Shown: positions 1 through 10,108, numbered from the stretch's first letter. The stretch is 42,616 bases of DNA from Chlamydiota bacterium (GCA_038534095.1 JBCAXK010000009.1:1-42616), one strand, 5' to 3'. Made by a program: numbers and translations. Notes: a model not told the origin generated them from the letters alone.

Positions 1-135
1 TTTTCAGATCAACACGATCTTCCAGTGGAATTCATAGACACGCCTGAATGGGAGAGAATCATGAACTTGGCCAAAGACGTATTGAAAGAGTTCGATTATA
101 AAAAAAGCTCTAGATTTGTAATAGACAAGACTTGA
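1..135 (+). CDS. 3' end of a hypothetical protein, truncated by the window start
   Basis: Frame 1 is open from base 1 to TGA at 133-135 and reads FSDQHDLPVEFIDTPEWERIMNLAKDVLKEFDYKKSSRFVIDKT*. The 'FIDTPEW..I...AK.VL..F.Y' tail resembles a small-protein family I recall from environmental chlamydiae. Confidence 0.6.
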   Translation, partial: FSDQHDLPVEFIDTPEWERIMNLAKDVLKEFDYKKSSRFVIDKT

Positions 136-308
136 TCGTACAGTCGTTCGCTATCTGACGCTTGGATCTGTTATGTTCTTTTTGTCGAACAGTTTAGCTT
201 GTGCAAGTGGTTTGGACTCTTCAAAAGTCTGCATATGGGTTTTTTCATAACAGTACCTCCCATTATAACAGGGCGTTCTGACAAGCAAGAGTTGATGCAT
301 CATCAGAG

Positions 309-776
309 GTGCACATTTTTGTAAGAAAACCCTTCTTGAAAGCGACAGAAATCCGCCGCAAAAATCGGGTTCTTGCAAAAAAAAATGTCTTTTTGCATCG
401 AAAGGCTGTCTTGGAAAAAATTTCGGGAAAGGAGCATGGGGTGACCTCAATTCGGGTGATTGAAGAAGGGCAGCCGCGGATTTATTCTGTAAATGGGGTG
501 TTTTTAGCCATTGGATCCAAGCCAAATACAGAGCTATTCACAAAACAGCTGCGCCTAACAGCTTCTAGGTACATTGCTACTGATTCGACGCAAGAAACCT
601 CTAAAAAAGGGGTCTATGCGATTGGTGATATTGTGGATCCTATCTACCAGCAAGCAATTTGCGCGGCGGGAGATGGAGCAAAAGCGGCGATCAATATTCA
701 ACAAAGTTTGGACAAGGATCTTGTAGCTACCGAAAAATGGGAGCGTTCTAAACGAGGGAAAGAGACTAGCTACTGA
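309..776 (+). pseudogene. Thioredoxin reductase (TrxB-like) C-terminal fragment, 5'-truncated
   Basis: Contains GVFLAIGSKPNT, TSKKGVYAIGDI and YQQAICAAGDGAKAA, typical of the TrxB C-terminal half. An in-frame TGA at 279-281 removes the N-terminal FAD-binding motif, the CxxC and the GGGxxA motif. Confidence 0.75.
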
Positions 777-889
777 CTCTGCAAAAACTTTGATCACGGA
801 GAAAAGTTCCCTTCTGCCATAAAAGATTGGGAAGTAAGAGATGCTTAAGGTAAGATGATGCTGAGTTTTCTTGTACGCGCAAAAACTCC

Positions 890-1441
890 TTGGATACGCC
901 CTTGAACAGTCTCCCTTTTCGCCTTTCATCGTCTATAGAAAATATCTATTTGCCAGCTGGCATGTCTTTGACGAAAACTCCTAAAAAAGAAGCGGAAAAT
1001 GCGTCCTACGAGGCCTACGCCTTTGCGCTGAATGACCTTCCTATCTTGTTTAGAGTGGGAAAAATCACGCCCAAAAGGACCGGGCATTTTGTCGCAATCT
1101 ATGAGAGAATGGGAAGCAAGATTGTTCCAATCGATGTAAAGGCGTGTGGGGTAGCTTTTTTGATTGTAGATGTCGTGGATCTTCAGAATGAAGAGCGGGG
1201 GCAATTTGTGTTTCCGCAAAAGACTTTGGTAGAAAAAGGGGTGTTTACGAAAGGCCTTTCTCCTGAAGAAAGAATGAAGAGGAAACGGGGTAAGCTCTCG
1301 TTTCGCGTGTTTCCTCCCTGGTCCCAGCCTAAGCTCTCTGCGCAAAAAACGGAGGAATGGCAGCGTCCTTTTTTCTTCAAGATTCCTCAAACCGATTCTC
1401 CCGATTACGCGCTCCTTCGGTGTCTTTTTACAGGAAAATAG
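890..1441 (+). CDS. MepB family protein
   Basis: FRVGKITPKRTGHFVAIYER, GQFVFPQKTLVEKGV and GKLSFRVFPPW match MepB-domain motifs. Start uncertain (TTG 890 or ATG 962). Confidence 0.85.
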   Translation: MDTPLNSLPFRLSSSIENIYLPAGMSLTKTPKKEAENASYEAYAFALNDLPILFRVGKITPKRTGHFVAIYERMGSKIVPIDVKACGVAFLIVDVVDLQNEERGQFVFPQKTLVEKGVFTKGLSPEERMKRKRGKLSFRVFPPWSQPKLSAQKTEEWQRPFFFKIPQTDSPDYALLRCLFTGK

Positions 1442-1580
1442 GAAAGTATCTCCTCCGCAGTCGCTTTTTATAGAAGATCTTTTATAATGATTTTCCCTAT
1501 AGAAACAAACTAGAGATTGCTTGCCTTCAAGATGCTAGCCGTTTTCCTAGTGAGTATTGGGATGCAAAATAAGGAAAATA

Positions 1581-2273
1581 ATGGACTGGATTGATTTATT
1601 TGACCTTTTTTTATTCGATTTCGACGGGCTTTTAGTCGATACAGAGTCTCTTCATTATAGAGCGTACCAGGAGTCTTGTGCGCATTTTGGGGAAAAACTT
1701 CTTTGGGATTTTTCCACTTTTTTAGGATATGCGCATGCTTCGTCTGAGGAACTCCAACGCGTCCTAAAAAACGAGCTACCCCAAGTATTTAGACAGGTTT
1801 CTTGGGACGTTTTTTATGAACGAAAAAAAACAAACTACTACAGGTTGCTAGAAGTCGATCCGCCTAAGCTGACAAAGGGAGCTGCGTCTCTGTTGTCTAG
1901 ATTGGAAAAAGAGAAGAAAACGGCCGTGATTGTCACCCACTCTCCGAGAGCGCATGTTCTTCGCCTTATCGGCAAAGAGCCCATTTTACAAACCATCACT
2001 ATGGTCGTAACCAGGGAAGATTATGAGCGCCCCAAACCCTTTCCTGACAGCTATCTTTGCGCTATGGAGAGATTCCCAGAAAAACGCCAGGTGGTGGGGT
2101 TTGAAGATAGCTTTCGTGGCTTAGAGGCGCTGAGTCAAGTTGCGTTAGTGCCTGTATTTATACAAAAAAGGAGCTATCCTCTTTGGAGCATGGCGCTCTC
2201 ATTGAATCCCGTGTACGCCCCCTCTTTGTCAGAACTTTTCACCGAAAATTTTTCTCATAGAACACGTTCGTAA
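1581..2273 (+). CDS. HAD-superfamily hydrolase (CbbY/beta-PGM-like, chlamydial CT464-type)
   Basis: Motif I FDFDGLLVDTE, KPFPDSY and GFEDSFRG. Convergent with truA. ATG 1581 preferred over TTG 1557. Confidence 0.9.
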   Translation: MDWIDLFDLFLFDFDGLLVDTESLHYRAYQESCAHFGEKLLWDFSTFLGYAHASSEELQRVLKNELPQVFRQVSWDVFYERKKTNYYRLLEVDPPKLTKGAASLLSRLEKEKKTAVIVTHSPRAHVLRLIGKEPILQTITMVVTREDYERPKPFPDSYLCAMERFPEKRQVVGFEDSFRGLEALSQVALVPVFIQKRSYPLWSMALSLNPVYAPSLSELFTENFSHRTRS

Positions 2274-2967
2274 GAAAAAGGCCTTTAGCGGGAGCTGGGG
2301 GAGGGGCCATCTTACGATTGTTGCTTTCTAAGAGTATCTTGAGATGCGCCTCGTTGATCCGATCCTCCAAAAGAACTCCCATAAGGTTGCGCGCCATCTT
2401 GTAAAGAAAACCGCTCCCTTGAAAGATCACAGAGATCCCCCAAGGTTGAGGGAGTAGCGTCACGTTTAGATCACGAACGTAATTCTGCACTGGGGTGCCC
2501 ACATTTGTAAAACTTTGAAAGTCGTGTGTTCCTGACAAAATCGCCGCTTTTTTTTCGGCAAGAGGGAAGTTGAAGCTGCGGACGTGGTGGGAAAAACGGA
2601 ACAAAAGGGGGTCAGCGACCTTCCCAATTTGCGTATAGTAGGTATAGACTTTCCCAAGAGCGCTATACCTCGCATGAAAAGTAGAAGGAACTTCCTCAAT
2701 GTCTATAGCCCGAATGTCGGGAGGCAGGTGATCATTGATGGTAGAGACGGTAAGCAGCTCTCCTATCGAGATAAAATGGGCGGTTTGGCCAAGAGCGTGC
2801 ACGCCAGCATCGGTTCTTCCAGAACCATGGAGCCGAATAGGGGCGCCAGTGAGGCTTGTTAACCCTTTTTCGATCGTTCCTTGTATCGAAGGGCGATGTT
2901 TTTGTACTTGCCAACCATGATACGAGGATCCGTCGTAAGCGACGGTGAGTTTATAACGCTTTTTCAT
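2239..2967 (-). CDS. truA: tRNA pseudouridine(38-40) synthase
   Basis: YDGSSYHGWQ, GSGRTDAGVHA, FHARYSA, GSGFLYKMAR and APAKGLFL. Start set at MKKRYK (2967), overlapping the ispD stop. Confidence 0.96.
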   Translation of the reverse strand: MKKRYKLTVAYDGSSYHGWQVQKHRPSIQGTIEKGLTSLTGAPIRLHGSGRTDAGVHALGQTAHFISIGELLTVSTINDHLPPDIRAIDIEEVPSTFHARYSALGKVYTYYTQIGKVADPLLFRFSHHVRSFNFPLAEKKAAILSGTHDFQSFTNVGTPVQNYVRDLNVTLLPQPWGISVIFQGSGFLYKMARNLMGVLLEDRINEAHLKILLESNNRKMAPPPAPAKGLFLTNVFYEKNFR

Positions 2968-3616
2968 AGATGGACTGAGCGAGCGCGTAATCAAATGGGG
3001 TTGTTACTTTTAGGTTCCGCTCTTCCCCTTCTACGATTTGGACCTTTCCCCCGATAAGCTCTATGAGTCCCACATCGTCTGTCACAGTTTGCTCGGTTTT
3101 TTCTGCAAGCAATAAGCCCTTTTCTAAGAGGGAAAGCTTTCCGATTTGAGGGGTTTGCATTTCCCATACATCGGCGCGCTCCACCAGTTTTTTTGTGGTT
3201 AGGTTCGCAGTTACCTGCCGAAGCGTGTATTTTGTGCGAAGAGCTAACGTGGCTCCATCAGCATTTTTCCCAGCGCGGATCAGCGCCTCGATTGCTTGCT
3301 TGCTCACAAAAGGCCTAGCTCCATCATGCACAAGGACATGAGTGATCTTTTTAGACACTTTTTGTAGCCCGTTTTTGAGAGAATCTTGTCTTCTAGTACC
3401 AGGCGAAGCAAAGATGAGCGGAACGCTCTTAGAAAAATGACGCCGGTCTTCTTCTCTTGCGACGACGATGTACTCAGAGATTTCTGAAACATGGAAAAAG
3501 GGATCGAGACTTCTTTGCGCAATAGGCTTTCCACCTAAGGGGAGATATTGTTTAGGAACGGGAGCCTTCATACGAAGACCCTTTCCTCCAGAGAGTAAAA
3601 TAAGAGCGATGTACAT
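2951..3616 (-). CDS. ispD: 2-C-methyl-D-erythritol 4-phosphate cytidylyltransferase
   Basis: GGKGLRM..PKQY, GTRRQDS, VHDGARPF, QTPQ, TDD and NLKVTTPFD. Confidence 0.96.
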   Translation of the reverse strand: MYIALILLSGGKGLRMKAPVPKQYLPLGGKPIAQRSLDPFFHVSEISEYIVVAREEDRRHFSKSVPLIFASPGTRRQDSLKNGLQKVSKKITHVLVHDGARPFVSKQAIEALIRAGKNADGATLALRTKYTLRQVTANLTTKKLVERADVWEMQTPQIGKLSLLEKGLLLAEKTEQTVTDDVGLIELIGGKVQIVEGEERNLKVTTPFDYALAQSIYEKAL

Positions 3617-3677
3617 GAGTCAATGTGAAGGCCTACGGTGCAGAGTATATCATAGACCTTCATGGTGATGCTGAAGC

Positions 3678-3935
3678 TTATCCTATATGTTTGCTAATGA
3701 GCTTGGTCATTTCAAACATATTGACTTTGGTTTTTTTTCCAAATACTTTGGCCAGATTTGCGTCTGGAATGATATCCCTTTTATTCTTTTCATCTTGTAA
3801 ACCATGCTTTTTGATGTAAGCCCAAAGGTTTTTTGTTACTTCAGTTCTTGGCATGGGACCTTTACCAACAATCGCTTCGAGTTCTTTGCTGATTGTGAGC
3901 GGGGCCATGAATTTTGATGTTTTCTGTTTTGGCAT
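3678..3935 (-). CDS. Stand-alone SWIB/MDM2 domain protein (CT460-type)
   Basis: SKELEAIVGKGPMPRTEVTKNLWAYIKKHGLQDEKNKRDIIPDANL is a SWIB signature. ATG at 3935 has an AAGGAG RBS 9 nt upstream; the track's 4040 start is over-extended. Confidence 0.95.
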   Translation of the reverse strand: MPKQKTSKFMAPLTISKELEAIVGKGPMPRTEVTKNLWAYIKKHGLQDEKNKRDIIPDANLAKVFGKKTKVNMFEMTKLISKHIG

Positions 3936-4327
3936 TACTGGGGACTCCTTAGCTTTAATATAGCGCGAAGACCAAAGAAATAGTCTCAGGCGCGTGAATC
4001 TTATTGGATCTATTTCCCATGTTAAAATCCCTAAGAACAAAATACAACTTTAATTCTAAGGGAAATAGCTAACCAAGGTTACGGTTAAGATTGGGCGTTT
4101 TTGTTCCTGCTACAGACGTAAAATCTCTAAGTATTTAATCGTAAGTAGAATGTGTTTTTATTCCTCCAGTTTTTTTGCAAAAACTGGGCGGTGATCGGAG
4201 AAAAGAAGATTTGGATAACAGGGCTCTTTTCGAGTATTTTTCTCGTTCTAAAAATCCTTTTTATCTCTCAATTGTGGCTTAGAGTGGCGTGTAGTCAAAA
4301 AAAATAGGAAGATTTATCATATGGGGA

Positions 4328-6481
4328 ATGGAATCTTTGGAATTATGCCGTTTGTTTGCGCTCAAGGAAAAAATTCTAGAAAGGAAGACCTTTCAAGAAA
4401 AACTTTCAGCGCTTAAAGAAGACCTGCACGTGCAAGCATTTTTTGCGGGCGGTTCCTTTTCTCTAGAAGAGGTGTGCGGAGAAAATCTTCATGAAGCTTA
4501 CCTTTGTCTATCGCTTGTTGCCGCAGGACAAGAGCATCTTCTTAAAGAGGGATTCAGGCGCCCTTTTTGGGAAAGCTGGATGGCCTCTTTTGCTGAGATT
4601 GATCAGTTTTATCAAGAAGAAGGGGGAATCATTGGGTACCAGTACCGCGTTGCTCTGATTCAGCAACCTGGGCACGCAGCCAAAGAAGAGTCGATTGCTC
4701 CTCCTCCCGTGATCGATATTTCTGAGGAGTCTTCTTTTGTCAAAGAGCACATCGTTGAAGGGATCTTTGCTTTAGACAAAGTATGCCTTCTTTTGCCTGT
4801 TGGAGGCGCGGCCGATCGCTTGCACTTGGTTGATGAACTGACAGGAGAACCGTTGCCAGCAGGGTGCCTACACTTTTTTGGAGCAACTCTTCTTGAGAAG
4901 CTGTTTTTTGATGTAGAGGGCTTAGAGTATCTGCATTACAAACTGTTTCATAAAACCGTTCGCGTGCCTATCGTGCTGATGAGTTCTCAAGAAAAAAATA
5001 ATCACAACCATATCGCCACGATTTTACAAAAGCGGTCTTTTTTCTCCCGTTCTACCAAAGAGATTCGGATCATTGTACAACCTTCGGTTCCTGTTGTGGA
5101 TGAAAAAGGGCGCTGGTGTTTGAAAAACAGGGGATCTTTGCTCTTAAAACCTTCCGGGCACGGAGCGCTTTGGAAGCAGATGAAAGATAGCGGCGTCTTT
5201 TCTTGGCTCAGCCAATTAGGGGTAACAAAAGCGCTTGTCAGGCAAATCAATAACCCCGTTTCTGCTTACGATTACCCTTTGAGCGCGTTTTTAGGCTACG
5301 GAGCAAAAAACGACGCTGCTTTTGGCGTGATCTCTTGCCGAAGAAAAGAGGGGGCAAAAGAGGGTATGAATGTCGTCAAAAAGCGGCTGATTGATACGAG
5401 AGCTTATCTTCATCTATCAAACATAGAATACTGCGACTTTCAGCGGATAAGGGCGCATTCTTCCAAAAATGTGGAAGACTCTTGTGCGAGGTATCCCGCA
5501 AACACGAATATTTTATTTGTCGACCTTCCTTCGGCAGAAAAAGCGGTCGAAGAAGAGCCCTTTCCAGGATTGCTCCTCAATGGGAAAGAGACAGAGATCT
5601 ATGAAAAAGGGGCCTTCTCCAAGAAAAAAGTCGCACGGTTAGAATCGACGATGCAAAACATTTCTGATCAAATTGTAGAGCCTGGTTCCTCGCTCAAGCG
5701 CAGCTTTGTTTTTTATCACGAGGATCGTTACAAAACGATGTCTACAGCAAAAAAAGCGTTGCAGAAAGCGCGCACGTTTTTAGAAACTCCCGAAAGGTGT
5801 TTTTATGACTGCTTACAGAATCTGCAAGCGCTGTTAGATAGTTGTGGTATTCAACATGTGCCCCTTTTGCCGTTTCCTCTATTCTTAGAGCAGCCCCCTC
5901 CATTTCTTGTGGAGTATCACCCAGCCCTAGGGCCAATGTTTTCAGTCATCCAGCAAAAGATGCGCTTAGGAGCCATGCAAAGGGGAGCTAGCCTTCGATT
6001 AGAGATTGCAGAGCTTTTGTGGCATCGGGTACGTGTAGATGGAGATCTGGATATTCGGGCAGAAAATATTACAGGACATCAAAAAAATGGGGAATTTTTG
6101 TACTCCCATGAAACGGGCAAATGCATTCTTGAAAACGTCTCGATTCAAAATAGAGGGAGAAGGCTTCCTCTTGCAAAGCATGCTTGGGCAAATGGTAGGA
6201 AAGAAGAAAAGAGTAGTGGAGAGTCGCTATCGATTGTTTTAGAGGGAAATGGGGAATTTGTTGCAAAGGGAGTCTTCTTGGAAGGGAATCTTCGTTACAG
6301 AGTCGAGAAAAACAGGAGATTAACACTTGTAGAAGACAATGGCAAGATTGTTGAAAGGTGGGAAAGACTTCGAGAGCACTCTTGGCATTGGGAATACGAG
6401 CTTGGGGAAAATCATGCAATACGAATAGAGCAGAAAAAAAAGAAGCAGCAACACAAGGCTACTGCTTCTTTGAAGACCTAA
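4328..6481 (+). CDS. UTP--glucose-1-phosphate uridylyltransferase, chlamydial/plant UGP3 type
   Basis: GGIIGYQ, PVGGAADRL, KPSGHGALW, VRQINNP, NIEY, ANTNILF and RLESTMQNI, with a long C-terminal extension typical of UGP3. Confidence 0.88.
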   Translation: MESLELCRLFALKEKILERKTFQEKLSALKEDLHVQAFFAGGSFSLEEVCGENLHEAYLCLSLVAAGQEHLLKEGFRRPFWESWMASFAEIDQFYQEEGGIIGYQYRVALIQQPGHAAKEESIAPPPVIDISEESSFVKEHIVEGIFALDKVCLLLPVGGAADRLHLVDELTGEPLPAGCLHFFGATLLEKLFFDVEGLEYLHYKLFHKTVRVPIVLMSSQEKNNHNHIATILQKRSFFSRSTKEIRIIVQPSVPVVDEKGRWCLKNRGSLLLKPSGHGALWKQMKDSGVFSWLSQLGVTKALVRQINNPVSAYDYPLSAFLGYGAKNDAAFGVISCRRKEGAKEGMNVVKKRLIDTRAYLHLSNIEYCDFQRIRAHSSKNVEDSCARYPANTNILFVDLPSAEKAVEEEPFPGLLLNGKETEIYEKGAFSKKKVARLESTMQNISDQIVEPGSSLKRSFVFYHEDRYKTMSTAKKALQKARTFLETPERCFYDCLQNLQALLDSCGIQHVPLLPFPLFLEQPPPFLVEYHPALGPMFSVIQQKMRLGAMQRGASLRLEIAELLWHRVRVDGDLDIRAENITGHQKNGEFLYSHETGKCILENVSIQNRGRRLPLAKHAWANGRKEEKSSGESLSIVLEGNGEFVAKGVFLEGNLRYRVEKNRRLTLVEDNGKIVERWERLREHSWHWEYELGENHAIRIEQKKKKQQHKATASLKT

Positions 6482-6523
6482 AGGAAAAAGCGCACACAAA
6501 AGCCATTTCATCGAAAGAAAGGA

Positions 6524-6904
6524 TTAGTCGTTGTTTTCCTCTTTCTTGCTGCTGCAATAACTGAATGTAATCATAGCCCCTACGCCTACTAGCCCCACAA
6601 TGGCTCCTCCGATTGCGCACGCTTGCTTATTATTCTTAATGAACCTTGCAGCAATTTTGCTCCATTCTCCACATTTCACAGAGCACAATTTACCCCATTT
6701 GGACAAACTAGATCCTAGGCTTTTACAACATTTGCCCAGAGCAGAAGAAATCCGAGAACAAAGCAAGCAGAATTTTTGCCAACAATAAGAAACCTTTTCG
6801 CAAAGAAACTTCCAAGCCTTTTTACTTCCCTCGATAAATCCGCGATAGCAATTGTTGACAGATTCGGGGCAGGTAGATGCTTGAAATCGTTGAACAGCGT
6901 CCAT
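6524..6904 (-). CDS. Orphan Cys-rich protein with C-terminal transmembrane helix
   Basis: 126 aa with 12 Cys. Hydrophobic ACAIGGAIVGLVGVGAMITFSYC lies near the C-terminus. GGAGG RBS and a good promoter upstream. Confidence 0.75.
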   Translation of the reverse strand: MDAVQRFQASTCPESVNNCYRGFIEGSKKAWKFLCEKVSYCWQKFCLLCSRISSALGKCCKSLGSSLSKWGKLCSVKCGEWSKIAARFIKNNKQACAIGGAIVGLVGVGAMITFSYCSSKKEENND

Positions 6905-6960
6905 GTGTGTACCTCCAAGTGAACGTTGATTAAATAAAAATAAAAATATTTAAGATCAGA

Positions 6961-6989
6961 ATTCTAAAGTTGCTATTGAATTAATGCAA
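6961..6989 (-). promoter_or_regulatory. Putative sigma66/sigma70 promoter for 6524..6904
   Basis: Minus strand TTGCAT-17 nt-TAGAAT. Confidence 0.6.
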
Positions 6990-7096
6990 AGATTTTTTAC
7001 ACAATTGCTAGCGAGATTTTAGAAGCCGTTTTTTTCGAAACCAGCTTCAATAGCGCGCTTAATCACTCGGCACTTTTGATGGAAATGAAGTAGACG

Positions 7097-8307
7097 ATGC
7101 TTTATCCGAAGATTAAGAAGGATTACATGTTTTTTATTACACTGCTTCTTTTATCCACGATCGGCTTCATCGTAACAGATGTTTACTTGCCCTCTCTCTC
7201 TTCTATTGTGAGAGAGCTTGCTACGACAAAAGAGCTTGTCCAATTGACGCTCGCCTCCTACCCTTGCCTCCTTTGGGCTTTCACAATTCTATTATGGCCC
7301 CTTCTCAGAAAAAGTAGGGAGAAGAAAAACGGTGATCTATGGCCTTTTGTTCATGATTGTTGGAAGTATTTTCTGTACGCTTGCTCCTAATATTTGGGTC
7401 TTAATTCTAGGACGATTTATTGAGGGAATAGGAGCTGGGTCGGGAGCAGCTGTTTTTCGCGCTATTTTGCGCGATGTTTTTCATGGTGATGAACTGTCAC
7501 AAAAAGGCTCTTACATCGCTGTTGGCACAGCCTTTGCTATGTCTTTAGCTCCAAGCAATTGGTGGTTACATTCAATCCTATTTAGGGTGGCGTTTTAACT
7601 TTGTCTTTATCGCATTTTATACAGCAATCAATTTTGTTATTGTCTGGTTTTTTCTTAAAGAAACGATTCCCGAAATGAATCCTCAAGCAATGCATAAAAA
7701 ACATTTTATGAGAAATTACCTAACGCTCATAAAAAGCCCTGTTTTTATGGGATATGTCGGGTGCGGCGTTGCTGGTTTCGGAGGATTAACGGCGTACCTT
7801 TTTTTAAGTCCGTTTCTTTTTCAAAACGTGCTTAAGCTTTCTTCTATTGAATATGGGTGGCTTGGAATTTTCATTGCGCTAGGCCTTACTCTCGGTGGCT
7901 TGTCCAATAGTTTATTGATCTTCAAAATAGGTCGGCATGAGTTATTAAAATTTGGAACAATGATTCAAGGAGTTGCTGGCTTGATCATGCTGATTTTAGC
8001 GCTTTTTGGGTTGCTCAACGTGAGCGCGATGATGATTCCCATGTTCATCTACATGTTTGGAGGGGGAATCGTTTTCTCAAATGCCTTTGCTGGAGCTTTT
8101 CACTTCTTTTCCTCCATTGCTGGCTACGCGGGAGCTCTATATGGTACTTTACAAATTTTGGGAGGAACCGCTTTTGCGATTGTGATCTCCTTTATTCATG
8201 CTAGTAATCAAATACCACTCGCGCTTATTCTCATTTTTGTTGGGATAGTCAACTTTTTCTTTCAAAGCTTGGGCCGTTCATTTACGCTTAAGTCTGAGAG
8301 TAGATAA
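7097..8307 (+). pseudogene. Bcr/CflA (DHA1) multidrug MFS transporter with two +1 frameshifts
   Basis: Removing one C at ~7262 and one A at ~7554 gives a continuous frame: TDVYLPSL..VQLTLASYLASFGLSQFYYGPFSEKVGRRKT..LILGRFIEGIG..LAPAIGGYIQSYLGWRFNF..FLKET. Confidence 0.85.
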
Positions 8308-8412
8308 TCACATCAAATCGGAAGAAGTTTTCCAGAGCGTCTCTTTTGTATTGAGAGCAAAACTTCTTATGAAATACTCCCTTTCTCGCTAAGTTTCTCT
8401 TTGAAGCCTTTT

Positions 8413-8442
8413 TTGACTTTATCTCATATCTCCATTTAGAAT
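8413..8442 (+). promoter_or_regulatory. Putative sigma66 promoter of the prfB operon
   Basis: TTGACT-18 nt-TAGAAT, 45 nt upstream of ATG 8488. Confidence 0.55.
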
Positions 8443-8487
8443 GGGTCTTGGAAATTGATTTGAGCAGAAAAATAAGTAGGAAAGAGC

Positions 8488-9589
8488 ATGTCTGAAATGC
8501 CTCAGGAAATGGAACATCTAAAAGCGCGTCTTACAGAAATGTGGAGGTATCTTTGACCTGGCTAAAAAGAAGGCTCTTACTGAACAACTAGAAAAGCAAA
8601 TGGAAGCGGCTGATTTTTGGCAGGATCCAGAAAAAGCGCAAAAAGTCGTTTCTGAAGTGAAAGAACTCAAAAGCTGGCTTGTTCCCTATCAAAAATTTCA
8701 AGAACAGTTGGAAGAGATCTCCACCCTTTTCCCCGAGGCAAAAGCTCTTAGTGATCAAGGAGATCCAGAGATCTTAGAAGAGCTTACCAAGCAAGCGTCC
8801 AAGATCAAAACAGGGGTGGAGGCGTTAGAAATTCGGAAGATGCTTTCGGGAGAATTGGATAAAAACGATACCTACCTAGCGATCAACGCAGGAGCCGGAG
8901 GCACAGAAAGCTGTGACTGGGTGTCGATGCTTGCCCGCATGTATACGAGGTGGGCAGAGAGGAGGGGCTGGAGCGTAGAAAAAATTGATTTCGTGCAAGG
9001 CGATGTGACCGGATTCAAAAGCATTACCTTCCGATTTTCTGGACTCGACGCTTACGGATACGCGAAGTCGGAGAAGGGAGTGCATCGCTTAGTCCGGATT
9101 TCGCCGTTTGATAGTAATGCAAAAAGGCATACTAGTTTTGCTTCTGTCGACGTTTCTCCTGTGATTGAAGATGATATTGCGGTGGAGATCCTTCCCGAGG
9201 AAATCCGGATCGATACGTACAGAGCGTCTGGAGCTGGAGGGCAACATGTCAACAAAACCGATTCTGCGGTAAGAATTACCCATCTGCCTAGCCAGATTAC
9301 GGTGTCTTGCCAAAATGAAAGAAGTCAGCTCCAAAATAAAGAAACCTGTTTCAAAATGCTGCGAGCAAAGCTTTATGAAAAAGAAGTGGAAGAACGGGAA
9401 GAGAAATTGCGTGAGATGCAAGGGGAAAAAAAAGAAATCTCTTGGGGATCCCAAGTACGTAACTATGTTTTTCAACCCTATACCATGGTCAAAGATACGA
9501 GAACAAAAATCGAAAACGCCAATATCCAGTCGGTCATGGATGGGGACCTAGATCTCTTTGTGAACGGTTTTTTGAAGGAATTTGGATGA
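8488..9589 (+). CDS. prfB: Peptide chain release factor 2 (programmed +1 frameshift)
   Basis: SPF anticodon motif (VRISPFD) and GAGGQHVN. The 5' segment MSEMPQEMEHLKARLTEMWRYL ends in CTT-TGA-C at 8551-8557 and continues in the +1 frame into the 8600 ORF. Confidence 0.97.
8543..8557 (+). promoter_or_regulatory. RF2 autoregulatory +1 frameshift site
   Basis: GGAGG-TAT-CTTTGAC: internal Shine-Dalgarno 3 nt before the canonical CUU-UGA-C. Confidence 0.95.
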
Positions 9590-9592
9590 AAT

Positions 9593-10108
9593 ATGTCCCA
9601 AGATAATAGCGCCCAAGATTTTGATATCCGATATTCAGACCCGAGTGATGCAGAGCTACTCCTTTCTGGTCTTGCCTGCCCCAAAAACCGGTTTCACTAC
9701 CCGATCACCGAAGAGGATGAGGTGGAATCTTTTGTCAAAAATTGGATCGGATTTTCAAAATTCAAGGCAAGCTTGACCGCAACTGTTGAGGAGAAAGCCG
9801 TTGGGGTTGGCACTCTTTATCTGATGCCCTACCGGAAAATTGCGCATCACGCCCTTTTCTATGTGTTTGTCGAAGACCTATTTCGAAGAAGGGGGATCGG
9901 ATCTTCTTTAGTAAAAAATCTTTTACATCTTGCCAAAACCCGCTTTGGTTTGCGCAGTTTACACTGCGAGGTGTTTGAGGGCTCGTCTCTTTTGTCCATC
10001 TTGGAGAAGCAACAGTTTCTTGAGTTTGCCTGCCAAGAGAGGTACATCAAAATAGACAGGCGCTATTATAACCGGCATCTATGGGAGCATTTCTTTGACA
10101 AGTCCTAA
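9593..10108 (+). CDS. GNAT family N-acetyltransferase (YhhY/CT458-like), copy 1
   Basis: Acetyl-CoA motif A FRRRGIGSSL, plus LYLMPYRKIAHH. Confidence 0.88.
   Translation: MSQDNSAQDFDIRYSDPSDAELLLSGLACPKNRFHYPITEEDEVESFVKNWIGFSKFKASLTATVEEKAVGVGTLYLMPYRKIAHHALFYVFVEDLFRRRGIGSSLVKNLLHLAKTRFGLRSLHCEVFEGSSLLSILEKQQFLEFACQERYIKIDRRYYNRHLWEHFFDKS

Noticed and set aside
1..7. First 7 nt (TTTTCAG) are the reverse complement of the last 7 nt, suggesting terminal inverted repeats
   Set aside because: The match stops at 7 nt, is low complexity, and base 1 is inside a coding frame. The content is core chromosome, not a mobile element.
141..250. Short hydrophobic frame (TVVRYLTLGSVMFFLSNSLACASG) as the lost signal peptide of the trxB remnant
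   Set aside because: No convincing start codon and no way to link it to the fragment without a homolog alignment.
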